Positions 22,701-30,846 of a stretch of 64,000 nt of DNA are shown one piece after another. Source of the DNA: Escherichia coli (GTDB taxonomy: Bacteria; Pseudomonadota; Gammaproteobacteria; Enterobacterales; Enterobacteriaceae); assembly GCF_045037415.1 (NCBI RefSeq), contig NZ_CP173438.1; one strand, written 5' to 3'. A program made the position numbers and the translations under genes. Under the pieces are notes generated by a model. The model did not search any database and was not told the origin of the DNA. It saw nothing but the letters and a program-made list of their open reading frames with translations. Numbering within the stretch: the stretch's first letter is position 1; every line of letters begins with the position of its first letter.

Positions 22701-23652
22701 CTGCAACATTATCGCTGCTAAGCTGTTCAGCCAAGGAAACGCCCGGGCGATAATTAAACTCAACACCAAAGGTTGTATCGTGAGTGTTGCTCTGTCCTTG
22801 CTTATGCTGTGCAGAAAACTTAATCAGAGGAACTGGTGTATAAGAAATTCCCCCAGTAACTGCGTAAGGGTTTTCCTGCAGGTTATCGCTTCCAAATAAC
22901 CCGACATTTTTACCATAATATTTTTCAAACTGAATAGATGCCCCTAATTGCGGATAAGCAGGTAGCCATCCTTCAGCAGAAAAATCCCAGCCATTTGCAG
23001 GTCTTTCCAGATAATCATCAATATCACGACTGTTCTTCCAGTCAGATAGACCAAAATAGGTATTTACACCAAGCCTGAAATAATCCCTCCAGTACTCAAC
23101 CCCAAAACCTGCACGAGAGTGACTACGACTTAAATCGTAATCATAGAAAACATTCGCACCCAACATTGCGTTATCAGGAGTGAAATGACGAATCCCCAAA
23201 CCAATATTGGTCTGATTTCGGTCATCAGTACGATGTAGTGATGTCTGACTGAATAACACATAATCCTGAGTATCCAGCCATGGATATAAAAAGTCGAATG
23301 ATGAATCCTTCAAGGAAAAAGAATCATCGACATTAAGCTTGATGCGCGCATTGCCATATTGTTGCAACCAGTCGACGACCTCTTTTGTCGCCTGAGTTGA
23401 TAAAGTATTTACAGCAAAACTACTTGCATTATTATTCGCCAGGCTCTGACCTGCACTTGCTGCAAATGAGGCCACTTTATTTGCATGCTCATCGCTGGCA
23501 TAAATTTGCGTAACATCTTTATTACCAGATGATGCAAAACTGTTTGCTGGGATCAAAGAAAGAGAAACTGGAGATAATATCTGGGTAACAATTACCGACC
23601 ATGTAATCGCGCCAGATGCAGTTTTTTTTAACTTTTTATTCACAGTGGTCAT
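19744..23652 (-). CDS. Intimin/invasin-family inverse autotransporter adhesin with multiple bacterial Ig-like (Big) domains
   Basis: 1302 aa; signal-peptide-like N-terminus; region ...LYPWLDTQDYVLFSQTSLHRTDDRNQTNIGLGIRHF...GFGVEYWRDYFRLGVNTYFG...ERPANGWDFSAEGWLPAYPQLGASIQFEKYYG...YDFVERNNNIVLEYKKK closely parallels the recalled intimin beta-barrel domain; then a long Thr/Ser/Val-rich repetitive passenger; AT-rich upstream region. Confidence 0.85.
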   Translation of the reverse strand: MTTVNKKLKKTASGAITWSVIVTQILSPVSLSLIPANSFASSGNKDVTQIYASDEHANKVASFAASAGQSLANNNASSFAVNTLSTQATKEVVDWLQQYGNARIKLNVDDSFSLKDSSFDFLYPWLDTQDYVLFSQTSLHRTDDRNQTNIGLGIRHFTPDNAMLGANVFYDYDLSRSHSRAGFGVEYWRDYFRLGVNTYFGLSDWKNSRDIDDYLERPANGWDFSAEGWLPAYPQLGASIQFEKYYGKNVGLFGSDNLQENPYAVTGGISYTPVPLIKFSAQHKQGQSNTHDTTFGVEFNYRPGVSLAEQLSSDNVAVMREVQNRRYDFVERNNNIVLEYKKKHALKISLPESVQGEGESIIPVTLTINNASGGIKSVQWNDSAFTAAGGKISGNGTSWQITLPAYKSEGVNSWNVGATVQDNRGNVSNYAVMNISVTDSGVSTADSSFTLDGDSSPTISADSQSTYPIVLSLKDSNGKALTGLADDIEMSVEFTADSNSARQRETVTAPSLGAVEEISAGVYRSVLTAGSQAGTVRVTAKVQGKTFTLNIKQAAITDSDVSTADSSFTLDGDSSPTISADSQSTYPIVLSLKDSNGKALTGLADDIEMSVEFTADSNSARQRETVTAPSLGAVEEISAGVYRSVLAAGSQAGTVRVTAKVQGKTFTLSIKQTATTEPDSEVSAVLTAAPAEQVVGYNINLQLAVKDSQGNAITGDNTLSFYALNQAEGVEFGTVTEKDGVYSATVTSKRAGKITIGVKSDSHDFSGVKKEITFIEDRQQVTFSQFEASQNNALADGKQRNMVTVSLADRFGNVVPGYAVTLSLPAGITQVGGEHAVSTDENGNAIFALISSTPGSYVITAHAGSQMSTELTVTFASNMTGASLSLTPESSSLISNIPANGKDAAVLDVQLTNTNASVNGQKIQLITSSEGLSVPTNIVTDSTGHVSVPLTTVKAGEYTVTARVTDGSHSVESGSVKLTFVPDVASAELNMSVSKQEIVADGSENATVNIQLVDANNNAFTGEVDLTITPSTGASLTSSNLQLDAHGQATTQFTASKSGQYTIQAEYVLDGKRITASQNIDAVTDVKGAVLEITSSASSAVVSDTNNLVFTLLLKSKSGEALSGRALNVKTSGPSKYGALVVDKTTVTTDENGQATVSVHGRTVGSYKLTATLNELGSDVSAVKSFSLYADDANGVLTLTKDPGYETNDGSPVGIYARFVDHFGNPLSGTVEFSAGSEDSPDSQRVKMEPATVTLHWTGNAASEFSTYESGYHWIKAKITNSKNTYEKTIRTYVVKLPEKDS
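21628..22350. repeat. Near-perfect tandem direct duplication (2 x 357 bp) inside the adhesin gene, encoding a duplicated 119-aa Ig-like domain
   Basis: gcttaatactgagagtaaatgtttttccctgaacttttgcagttacacg... recurs 357 bp later with a few substitutions; protein shows two almost identical blocks (...STADSSFTLDGDSSPTISADSQSTYPIVLSLKDSNGKALTGLADDIEMSVEFTADSNSARQRETVTAPSLGAVEEISAGVYRSVL...); plus-strand shadow ORFs 21904..22119 and 22261..22446 translate identically. Confidence 0.9.
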
Positions 23653-23901
23653 AGTTCAATCAACGTTATGAATATAATGAAAAAAATAACTGGTATGACA
23701 AGAGGCGCGAAATATACAGCTCGTTACAAAAAAATCAACTCAAAAATAAAATAAAATCTCTGCATAAACTTTATGGCTAAATGATTTCACAACAATGGAA
23801 GAAAAATTTTGTTGCTCACGCAATCAATCATTTCGGGCGTTACAACTAGTCCTAGATTATATTCGCTAGGTATACTTTATTTTTAAGCTAATACTTTAGC
23901 T

Positions 23902-24603
23902 CTATTTCATCGCTCCTTTCAGCCCGAACTTAGCTTTGATTTCTGCGATCTTCGCCAGAGCCTGTGCACGATTTAGAGGCCTACCGCCCATGACAGGAAG
24001 TTGTTTTACTGGTTCAGGTATAGCCTCACCACGGTTAATTCGCGCGGTCATACAGGCCAGTTCATCGGCAGCCTTGCGCCGTAATTCCGCGTCAGTCAAC
24101 GCATTGGCCCGCATGTTCTGATACAGGTTGGTAACCAGCCAGTAGTGCGCGTTTGATTTCCACGGATAAGACTCTGCATCCGGATACAGACCACGCTTCC
24201 GGCAATACTCGTAAACCATATCAACCAGCTCGCTGACGTTTGGCAGCCCGGCGGTAACGGATGCTTCTTCCCGGCACCATGCAACAAACTGCCCGGGTGA
24301 TGGCAGAAATGGTCTATTCTGCCGACGGGCAACACGCATTCCGTCGCTCACCTGCTCCATCGTGGTGATCCCGTTTTCCCGGAAAGCCAGAACCCACTGG
24401 CGGCGGATTTCGTTCAGTTCGTTCTGGTCACGATTAGCCAGGCTCGCCGGGAAAGTTGCCAGTAACTGGCTGAATACACCGTTGATTATCTGCGCTACCT
24501 GCTGTACCTGCGGCTTTTCGTCGTACTGTTCCGGCATGTTGTTGGCGATCCGACGCATCTGCTCACGGTCAAAGTTAATCATCTGTGCGGCGATGTTTTT
24601 CAT
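23902..24603 (-). CDS. P: Replication protein P (DnaB helicase loader)
   Basis: 233 aa, MKNIAAQMINFDREQMRRIANNMPEQYDEKPQVQQVAQIINGVFSQLLATFPASLANRDQNE... near-identical to lambda P. Confidence 0.95.
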   Translation of the reverse strand: MKNIAAQMINFDREQMRRIANNMPEQYDEKPQVQQVAQIINGVFSQLLATFPASLANRDQNELNEIRRQWVLAFRENGITTMEQVSDGMRVARRQNRPFLPSPGQFVAWCREEASVTAGLPNVSELVDMVYEYCRKRGLYPDAESYPWKSNAHYWLVTNLYQNMRANALTDAELRRKAADELACMTARINRGEAIPEPVKQLPVMGGRPLNRAQALAKIAEIKAKFGLKGAMK

Positions 24604-25529
24604 AGATCCACCCCGTAAATCCAGTCTGTGTTTGTCAGGTCGAGTTTTGGTTTGCTAGCTGTCACGCCTGCCTGTTGCTTGTTACGGTTGATTTCGAGTT
24701 GGGTCCACTTGTCGCGGAGTTTGGCCGGACTTAGCACGTTACCGGACCAGAAGTTGTCCTGGCATGCCCAGCGGAACAGCACGCACATGTCGCGGTGGTT
24801 ACGTCCGTCACGTTCACGCATCAGGCGGATATCGTTAGCCCACCCTGCAAAATTCGGTTTTCTGGCTGATGGCGCGATGGTCTTCACCATGTCAAACATC
24901 CACTCTGCGGCGGTCAGGTCTTCTGCTGTCCCCCACTTGCTGCCGCTCTGAATTGCAGCATCCGGTTTCACCACAGGAAGATCGTTTTCTGGTTGGTCAG
25001 AGGATTCGCCAGAATTCTCGGACGAAAAAGGTTTTATATTGTCTTTTGTTAGTTTGTCTTTTGTGTTTACCTGATTCGGGTAAACGCCTTTACCTGATTT
25101 GGGTAAACTTTTTTTACCTGATTCAGGTAAATTTACCTCTTTCAGGTAAACTTTATTTTTCTTACCTGATTCGGGTAATGTTGACCATTCACTGACCACA
25201 TTATTAATGCCGGTATTCCGCCCGCTCTGAATAAAAATCCCACGCTTTACCAGAACACTTTTTGCAGCAGAACACTTGTGCGGCAATATCCCGGTTAATT
25301 CGGAAAGTTGCTCGTTGCTAACCCAATCCAGTTTTTTATTAAAGCCATATGTTTTGCGCATGACAGCCAGAAAGACCAGAAGCTGGTGCTGTGTTAATCC
25401 GGCCAGCATCACAGCTTCCAGCAACTCATTTGCAATGCGCGTATAACCATCATCGAGATCTGCCACGCGCGGCTCCTTTTGTGCCGCATCCGGCACTGGA
25501 AAATTGAATATCTCAGCAGTGTTTGCCAT
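24600..25529 (-). CDS. O: Replication initiator O
   Basis: ORF 24600..25619; start placed at MANTAEIFNFPVPDAAQKEPRVADLDDGYTRIANELLEAV..., by analogy with lambda O (MTNTAKILNF...); ori iterons lie inside the gene; the C-terminal third resembles lambda O. Confidence 0.85.
   Translation of the reverse strand: MANTAEIFNFPVPDAAQKEPRVADLDDGYTRIANELLEAVMLAGLTQHQLLVFLAVMRKTYGFNKKLDWVSNEQLSELTGILPHKCSAAKSVLVKRGIFIQSGRNTGINNVVSEWSTLPESGKKNKVYLKEVNLPESGKKSLPKSGKGVYPNQVNTKDKLTKDNIKPFSSENSGESSDQPENDLPVVKPDAAIQSGSKWGTAEDLTAAEWMFDMVKTIAPSARKPNFAGWANDIRLMRERDGRNHRDMCVLFRWACQDNFWSGNVLSPAKLRDKWTQLEINRNKQQAGVTASKPKLDLTNTDWIYGVDL
25030..25179. other. Replication origin (ori): five roughly 17-bp iterons plus an adjacent AT-rich segment, inside O
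   Basis: Iterons tacctgattcgggtaaa / tacctgatttgggtaaa / tacctgattcaggtaaa / tacctctttcaggtaaa / tacctgattcgggtaat at 25068..25179; AT-rich gttttatattgtcttttgttagtttgtcttttgtgttt at 25030..25067; same layout as lambda ori. Confidence 0.8.
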
Positions 25530-25615
25530 AATTCCTCCCGCAATGAGTGTGTTACGATTTGCACCTGAAAGTCGGTTCTGTTCCAGCAGACCGGCTTTCG
25601 CCATTTCTGAACCTG

Positions 25616-26155
25616 TCATATCGCCCCCAGCATGGTAGTAACCATCGCCATCAATGGACCAGCCAGATCTGGGTCCACACGAAACATCGACACAATACCT
25701 TCACTAATTTCCTTCAGTTTCTGGTGGCGTGGTGCGTTGAGAATGACAGCCTGTTTTGCCTCACTGAGTTCCTTTTCCATTTCAGCCAACCTAGCCATGA
25801 AGCTATCCTGCTCAACCAGGTAACCGCGATATTCCAGCGGTAGTACCGCCAGAATTGCCGGGGTCAGTTCACGCACGTTATTTCGGTATTTTTCAGAATC
25901 GAATTTGTTATCGAGGAAGCGGAACAGCTTCTGGCGTGCACGGCTGACATCATCAGGGAAATCGATGGTGCCGCCGCCCTGCTCCAGATACTCATTCACA
26001 ATGAGTGTGGCAACGACATCCTGATTATCTACAGCCGACCAGGCGCGGACGGCATCACGGATTTTTTCGTGGCCTGGCACCTGTTTTGTTTGAGAACGAT
26101 TTATCACCGCAGTCGGGCTAAATCCGCTAGTCTGTTGGTATGTAAGTGGTTGCAT
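25616..26155 (-). CDS. YdaT-like protein in the cII position (Rac-type CII analogue / putative toxin-family domain)
   Basis: 179 aa between the Cro-like gene and O; segment ...LIVNEYLEQGGGTIDFPDD...RELTPAILAVLPLEYRGYL... resembles the recalled Rac YdaT pattern; assignment unverified. Confidence 0.5.
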   Translation of the reverse strand: MQPLTYQQTSGFSPTAVINRSQTKQVPGHEKIRDAVRAWSAVDNQDVVATLIVNEYLEQGGGTIDFPDDVSRARQKLFRFLDNKFDSEKYRNNVRELTPAILAVLPLEYRGYLVEQDSFMARLAEMEKELSEAKQAVILNAPRHQKLKEISEGIVSMFRVDPDLAGPLMAMVTTMLGAI

Positions 26156-26224
26156 AATTGACTCCTTTAGTTTGAATTGACTGTTAAGTTGATTGCTTAT
26201 TGTTAAAGAGCGTGAAATGGAAAT

Positions 26225-26455
26225 TTAAGCTGCGTTCTTTTCGGTGTGTGGAAACAACTTCGGAAGATCCGGGCGAATCTGGTATGCCTTCACTACTCCA
26301 CCAGTAGCCGTAACAATGCTGCCGACATGTTCAGGGGATACCTTTGCTTTGTTGTGAAGCCACTTATAGACGGCCTGCTGTGAAACTTCGCAAGCAGCGC
26401 CCAGTTTCTTTTGTGAACCAACGATATTGATCGCTGTTTTGATAGCTGGGTTCAT
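26225..26455 (-). CDS. Cro-like HTH regulator (YdaS/Cro family)
   Basis: 76 aa, divergent from the repressor gene; HTH-like segment GSQKKLGAACEVSQQAVYKWL; operator palindromes immediately upstream. Confidence 0.7.
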   Translation of the reverse strand: MNPAIKTAINIVGSQKKLGAACEVSQQAVYKWLHNKAKVSPEHVGSIVTATGGVVKAYQIRPDLPKLFPHTEKNAA

Positions 26456-26559
26456 AACAACCTCCGTGGTTAATTTGAATCAAGATTAAAACTATGGTTG
26501 TTTTTAGTCAACAACCATTTTCGTTTGATGGAATAAAACCTTGGTTGTACATTTGGACT
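26456..26559. promoter_or_regulatory. Right operator/promoter region (OR with divergent PR and PRM)
   Basis: Between divergent cro-like and repressor genes; 25-bp palindrome ATGGTTGTT-tttagtc-AACAACCAT at 26494..26518 and a further TGGTTGT half-site at 26541..26547; the repressor ATG (26560) has no Shine-Dalgarno sequence, consistent with a leaderless PRM transcript as in lambda. Confidence 0.6.
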
Positions 26560-27249
26560 ATGAAAACAACACTCTCAGAAAGACTTAAAGAAGCCAGATT
26601 AGCGCGAGGCCTTACACAAAAGGCGCTTGGGGATTTGGTCGGGGTTAGCCAGGCTGCTATTCAGAAAATCGAAACAGGGAAAGCTAATCAAACAACTAAA
26701 ATCGTGGAGATCGCGAACGCTTTGGGTGTGCGCGCAGAATGGTTATCTTCTGGCGTTGGAAATATGTCAGACAGTACAGTGCAACCAATACAATCAACTG
26801 TCAGCCATTCCAAATACTTCAAGATTGACGTTCTTGATATAGAAGTCAGTGCTGGGCCGGGAGTCATCAACCGTGAGTTTGTAGAAGTTCTACGCTCGGT
26901 TGAGTACTCGTTTGACGATGCTCGTCACATGTTCGATGGTAGGAAGGCGGAAAATATCCGCATCATTAACGTGCGTGGTGACAGCATGTCAGGAACGATC
27001 GAACCAGGTGATCTGCTGTTCGTTGATATCACAGTTAAATCTTTCGACGGTGATGGTATCTATGCGTTTCTGTACGACGACACAGCCCATGTAAAGCGCC
27101 TGCAAATGATGAAGGATAAGCTGCTGGTCATCTCTGATAACAAAAGCTACTCACCGTGGGACCCGATCGAGAAAGACGAGATGAACCGGGTGTTCATCTT
27201 CGGTAAGGTTATTGGGAGCATGCCGCAGACATATAGGAAGCATGGGTAG
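26560..27249 (+). CDS. CI-type prophage repressor (N-terminal XRE HTH, C-terminal S24/LexA-like peptidase domain)
   Basis: ORF 26494..27249; start at MKTTLSERLKEARLARGLTQKALGDLVGVSQAAIQKIETGK (HTH); C-terminal ...NVRGDSMSGTIEPGDLLFVD...HVKRL... has the Ser/Lys autocleavage dyad context. Confidence 0.85.
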   Translation: MKTTLSERLKEARLARGLTQKALGDLVGVSQAAIQKIETGKANQTTKIVEIANALGVRAEWLSSGVGNMSDSTVQPIQSTVSHSKYFKIDVLDIEVSAGPGVINREFVEVLRSVEYSFDDARHMFDGRKAENIRIINVRGDSMSGTIEPGDLLFVDITVKSFDGDGIYAFLYDDTAHVKRLQMMKDKLLVISDNKSYSPWDPIEKDEMNRVFIFGKVIGSMPQTYRKHG

Positions 27250-27370
27250 TACCAATTAAAAATTATCAACTGGGCATTGTGCTCATTCAGTAAAGAACTA
27301 ATTCCTATCTTTGCTCTAGGTAGTAATATTAAGCCACCGCAATAATATCTTTACCTAACGGCGTAAGAAT

Positions 27371-27400
27371 CCCGGTCACCGTGCCGGGTTTTCTTTTGCC
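27371..27400 (+). terminator. Candidate rho-independent terminator downstream of the repressor gene
   Basis: cccggtcaccgtgccggg hairpin followed by ttttctttt. Confidence 0.45.
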
Positions 27401-27489
27401 CTCCCCTCATCACACACACCGTTAAAAAAACCACCATAACCTCGCTTCAGTTATCGCTATGCGATTCAAGTCACAAAATAAATCCATCC

Positions 27490-27570
27490 TAAATACAACC
27501 AGTTATATCTAAAACAACCAATAAAACAACTTTTGTTGTTGACGATAAAACAACTATAGTTTTAAATAAG
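27490..27570 (+). promoter_or_regulatory. Left operator/promoter region (OL/pL-like)
   Basis: Clustered ACAAC/GTTGT half-sites, including the palindrome AACAACttttGTTGTT (27525..27540), sharing the half-site with OR; TTGACG -35-like hexamer at 27539..27544 with a TTAAAT -10 candidate 18 nt downstream; would drive the gam-bet-exo-xis-int strand. Confidence 0.45.
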
Positions 27571-27844
27571 TTCATCGCAACAACACAACGATACGGCAAC
27601 TACCTGATTCACCGTTGCGATGACCGCTTAGATCCGCAGTTTGAATTTCAGCAGGCTTCGGGGAGTGCGAGGGGTGAAACGGACGCGTGAACGTCGGTGT
27701 GACCAGCTGAAATTAACTCAACATTTCATACCTTAGTCGCTTCAACGAGGCGGCTTAGTTATGACAACCGGCGGCCATCCACCGCCTGAATACGCGCAGA
27801 AGTCTCTATATGTTCAGCAGCCCAGCTTACGGGCAGGAGTTTTT

Positions 27845-28051
27845 ATGGTTCATCAACATTACGGAACGCAGACCGTTAATCGCGGTGCGGTCATGCCAGG
27901 AATGCTGGTCAAACACAAAGATGGTACCTGGACTGCATCAGCTAATTTACGCGGACGGCTTTATCTGCATCGCGGCATCGAGCGCACTTATACCCGTGAT
28001 TTGCTCGTGGAAGTTTTTCTCGACGGACGCGGCAACGGCCTGAATCACTAA
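27845..28051 (+). CDS. Hypothetical small early-left-operon protein (kil/cIII position)
   Basis: ATG at 27845 preceded by caggag; 68 aa [68 protein letters not shown]; an alternative upstream ATG at 27761 lacks a Shine-Dalgarno sequence; no homolog recognised. Confidence 0.4.
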   Translation: MVHQHYGTQTVNRGAVMPGMLVKHKDGTWTASANLRGRLYLHRGIERTYTRDLLVEVFLDGRGNGLNH

Positions 28052-28126
28052 TCCCCTTTCCTGTTTACCTAATCAGCCCGGCATTTCGCAGGCGATATTT
28101 TCACAGCCATTTTCAGGAGTTCAGCC

Positions 28127-28423
28127 ATGAACGCTTATTACATTCAGGATCGTCTTGAGGCTCAAAGCTGGGCGCGTCACTACCAGCAGATCGCCCGTGA
28201 AGAGAAAGAGGCAGAACTGGCAGACGACATGGAAAAAGGTCTTCCACAGCACCTGTTTGAATCACTCTGCATCGATCATTTGCAACGCTGCGGGGCCAGC
28301 AAAAAAGCCATTACCCGTGCGTTTGATGACGATGTTGAGTTTCAGGAGCGCATGGCAGAACACATCCGGTACATGGTTGAAACCATTGCTCACCACCATG
28401 TTGATATTGATTCAGAGGTATAA
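28127..28423 (+). CDS. gam: Gam, RecBCD inhibitor (short GamS form)
   Basis: 98 aa, [98 protein letters not shown] matches lambda Gam. Confidence 0.9.
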   Translation: MNAYYIQDRLEAQSWARHYQQIAREEKEAELADDMEKGLPQHLFESLCIDHLQRCGASKKAITRAFDDDVEFQERMAEHIRYMVETIAHHHVDIDSEV

Positions 28424-28428
28424 AACGG

Positions 28429-29214
28429 ATGAGTACAGCACTCGCAACGCTGGCTGGGAAGCTGGCTGAACGTGTCGGCATGGATTCTGTCGACCCACAG
28501 GAACTGATCACCACTCTTCGTCAGACGGCATTTAAAGGTGATGCCAGCGATGCGCAGTTCATCGCATTGCTGATCGTCGCCAACCAGTACGGCCTTAATC
28601 CGTGGACGAAAGAAATTTACGCCTTCCCTGATAAGCAGAACGGCATCGTTCCGGTGGTGGGCGTTGATGGCTGGTCCCGCATCATCAATGAAAACCAGCA
28701 GTTTGATGGCATGGACTTTGAGCAGGACAATGAATCATGTACGTGCCGGATTTACCGCAAAGACCGCAATCATCCGATCTGCGTTACCGAATGGATGGAT
28801 GAATGCCGCCGCGAACCATTCAAAACTCGCGAAGGCAGAGAAATCACGGGGCCGTGGCAGTCGCATCCCAAACGGATGTTACGGCATAAAGCCATGATTC
28901 AGTGTGCCCGTCTGGCCTTCGGATTTGCTGGTATCTATGACAAGGATGAAGCCGAGCGCATTGTCGAAAATACTGCATACACTGCGGAACGTCAGCCGGA
29001 ACGCGACATCACTCCGGTTAACGATGAAACCATGCAGGAGATTAACACTCTGCTGATTGCCCTGGACAAAACATGGGATGACGACTTATTGCCGCTCTGT
29101 TCCCAGATATTTCGCCGCGACATTCGCGCATCGTCAGAACTGACACAGGCCGAAGCAGTGAAAGCTCTTGGATTCCTGAAACAGAAAGCCACTGAGCAGA
29201 AGGTGGCAGCATGA
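28429..29214 (+). CDS. bet: Bet (Red-beta) single-strand annealing recombinase
   Basis: 261 aa, [72 protein letters not shown]... essentially identical to lambda Bet. Confidence 0.95.
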   Translation: MSTALATLAGKLAERVGMDSVDPQELITTLRQTAFKGDASDAQFIALLIVANQYGLNPWTKEIYAFPDKQNGIVPVVGVDGWSRIINENQQFDGMDFEQDNESCTCRIYRKDRNHPICVTEWMDECRREPFKTREGREITGPWQSHPKRMLRHKAMIQCARLAFGFAGIYDKDEAERIVENTAYTAERQPERDITPVNDETMQEINTLLIALDKTWDDDLLPLCSQIFRRDIRASSELTQAEAVKALGFLKQKATEQKVAA

Positions 29215-29891
29215 CACCGGACATTATCCTGCAGCGTACCGGGATCGACGTGAGAGCTGTCGAACAGGGGGATGATGCATGGCACAAATTACGGCTCGGC
29301 GTCATCACCGCTTCAGAAGTTCACAACGTGATAGCAAAGCCCCGCTCAGGAAAGAAGTGGCCTGACATGAAAATGTCCTACTTCCACACCCTGCTGGCTG
29401 AGGTTTGCACCGGTGTGGCTCCGGAAGTTAATGCTAAGGCGCTGGCGTGGGGAAAACAGTACGAGAACGACGCCAGAACCCTGTTTGAATTCACTTCCGG
29501 CGTGAATGTTACTGAATCCCCGATCATCTATCGCGACGAAAGTATGCGCACCGCCTGCTCTCCCGATGGTTTATGCAGTGACGGCAATGGCCTTGAGCTG
29601 AAATGCCCGTTTACCTCCCGGGATTTCATGAAGTTCCGGCTCGGTGGTTTCGAGGCCATAAAGTCGGCTTACATGGCCCAGGTGCAGTACAGCATGTGGG
29701 TGACACGAAAAGATGCCTGGTACTTTGCCAACTATGACCCACGAATGAAGCGTGAAGGCCTGCATTATGTCGTGGTTGAGCGGGATGAAAAGTACATGGC
29801 GAGTTTTGACGAGATGGTGCCGGAGTTCATCGAAAAAATGGACGAAGCACTGGCTGAAATTGGTTTTGTATTTGGAGAGCAATGGCGATGA
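29211..29891 (+). CDS. exo: Lambda exonuclease (Red-alpha)
   Basis: 226 aa, [65 protein letters not shown]... essentially identical to lambda Exo. Confidence 0.95.
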   Translation: MTPDIILQRTGIDVRAVEQGDDAWHKLRLGVITASEVHNVIAKPRSGKKWPDMKMSYFHTLLAEVCTGVAPEVNAKALAWGKQYENDARTLFEFTSGVNVTESPIIYRDESMRTACSPDGLCSDGNGLELKCPFTSRDFMKFRLGGFEAIKSAYMAQVQYSMWVTRKDAWYFANYDPRMKREGLHYVVVERDEKYMASFDEMVPEFIEKMDEALAEIGFVFGEQWR

Positions 29892-30070
29892 CCCATCCTC
29901 ACGATAATATCCGGGTAGGCGCGATCACTTTCGTCTACTCCGTTACAAAGCGAGGCTGGGTATTTCACGGTCTTTCTGTTATCCGAAATCCGCTGAAAGC
30001 CCAGCGGCTGGCTGAGGAGATAAATAATAAACGGGGGGCGGTATGCACAAAGCATCTCCTGTTGAGTTAA
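29882..30070 (+). CDS. Small conserved lambda-region ORF downstream of exo (orf63-like)
   Basis: 62 aa, [62 protein letters not shown]; position and recalled similarity to the lambda exo-xis region ORFs. Confidence 0.55.
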   Translation: MAMTHPHDNIRVGAITFVYSVTKRGWVFHGLSVIRNPLKAQRLAEEINNKRGAVCTKHLLLS

Positions 30071-30234
30071 GAACGAGTATTGATTTGGCACATAGCCTTG
30101 CTCAAATTGGAGTCAGGTTTGTGCCAATACCAGCAGAAACAGACGAAGAATTTCATACGTTAGCCACATCCCTTTCACAAAAGCTGGAAATGATGGTGGC
30201 GAAAGCAGAAGCAGATGAGAGAGACCAGGTATGA
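30043..30234 (+). CDS. Small conserved lambda-region ORF (orf61-like)
   Basis: 63 aa, [63 protein letters not shown]. Confidence 0.5.
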   Translation: MHKASPVELRTSIDLAHSLAQIGVRFVPIPAETDEEFHTLATSLSQKLEMMVAKAEADERDQV

Positions 30235-30310
30235 CAACCACTGAATGCATTTTTCTGGCAGCGGGCTTCATATTCTGTGTGCTTATGCTTGCCGACATGG
30301 GGCTTGTTCA

Positions 30311-30526
30311 GTGACACCTCAGCAAGAAAATGCCCTTCGCAGCATTGCCCGTCAGGCTAATTCTGAAATCAAAAAAGTCAGACAGCAGTTTCCGGATAAA
30401 AACGTCAATGACATTTGCCGTAGCGTACTGAAGAAGCACCGCGAAACGGTAACGCTGAAGGGATTCACACCGACTCATTTAAGCCTGGCAATCGGCATGT
30501 TAAACGGCGTCTTTAAGGAACGATGA
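30311..30526 (+). CDS. Small exo-xis region ORF (orf60a-like), possible GTG start
   Basis: In frame with ORF 30245..30526; (M)TPQQENALRSIARQANSEIKKVRQQFPDKNVNDICRSVLKKHRETVTLKGFTPTHLSLAIGMLNGVFKER; start uncertain. Confidence 0.4.
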   Translation: MTPQQENALRSIARQANSEIKKVRQQFPDKNVNDICRSVLKKHRETVTLKGFTPTHLSLAIGMLNGVFKER

Positions 30527-30624
30527 ACATGAAAAGCAAAATTATCAGGGAGCTACAGGCTCCTTTTTTATTGTTCGCATTCACCCTCAAGCGTATTAAC
30601 CAACAGTTCAGGGATTAATGAAAG

Positions 30625-30846
30625 ATGGCAGACATCATTGATTCAGCATCAGAAATAGAAGAATTACAGCGCAACACAGCAATAAAAATGCGCCGCCTGA
30701 ACTACCTGGCTGTATCTGCCACTCATTGTTGTGAGTGTGGCGATCCGATAGATGAACGAAGACGCCTGGCCGTTCAGGGTTGTCGGACTTGCGCCAGTTG
30801 CCAGCAAGATCTGGAGCTTATCCGCAAACAAAGGGGGATTAAGTGA
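30625..30846 (+). CDS. TraR/DksA-family C4 zinc-finger protein (lambda orf73-like)
   Basis: 73 aa with CCEC...CRTCASC four-cysteine motif typical of TraR/DksA-type zinc fingers. Confidence 0.6.
   Translation: MADIIDSASEIEELQRNTAIKMRRLNYLAVSATHCCECGDPIDERRRLAVQGCRTCASCQQDLELIRKQRGIK

Noticed and set aside
19744-23652. Possibility that the 1302-aa ORF is a phage tail fibre or side-tail-fibre
   Set aside because: The N-terminal third matches the intimin/invasin beta-barrel pattern with a signal peptide, it sits in the early/nin region rather than the tail module, and the rest is Ig-like repeats; tail fibres lack the outer-membrane beta-barrel domain.
27761-27844. Upstream ATG extension of the hypothetical early-left ORF (96-aa version)
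   Set aside because: No Shine-Dalgarno sequence at 27761, whereas the internal ATG at 27845 has caggag upstream; the shorter form is preferred but the longer cannot be excluded.
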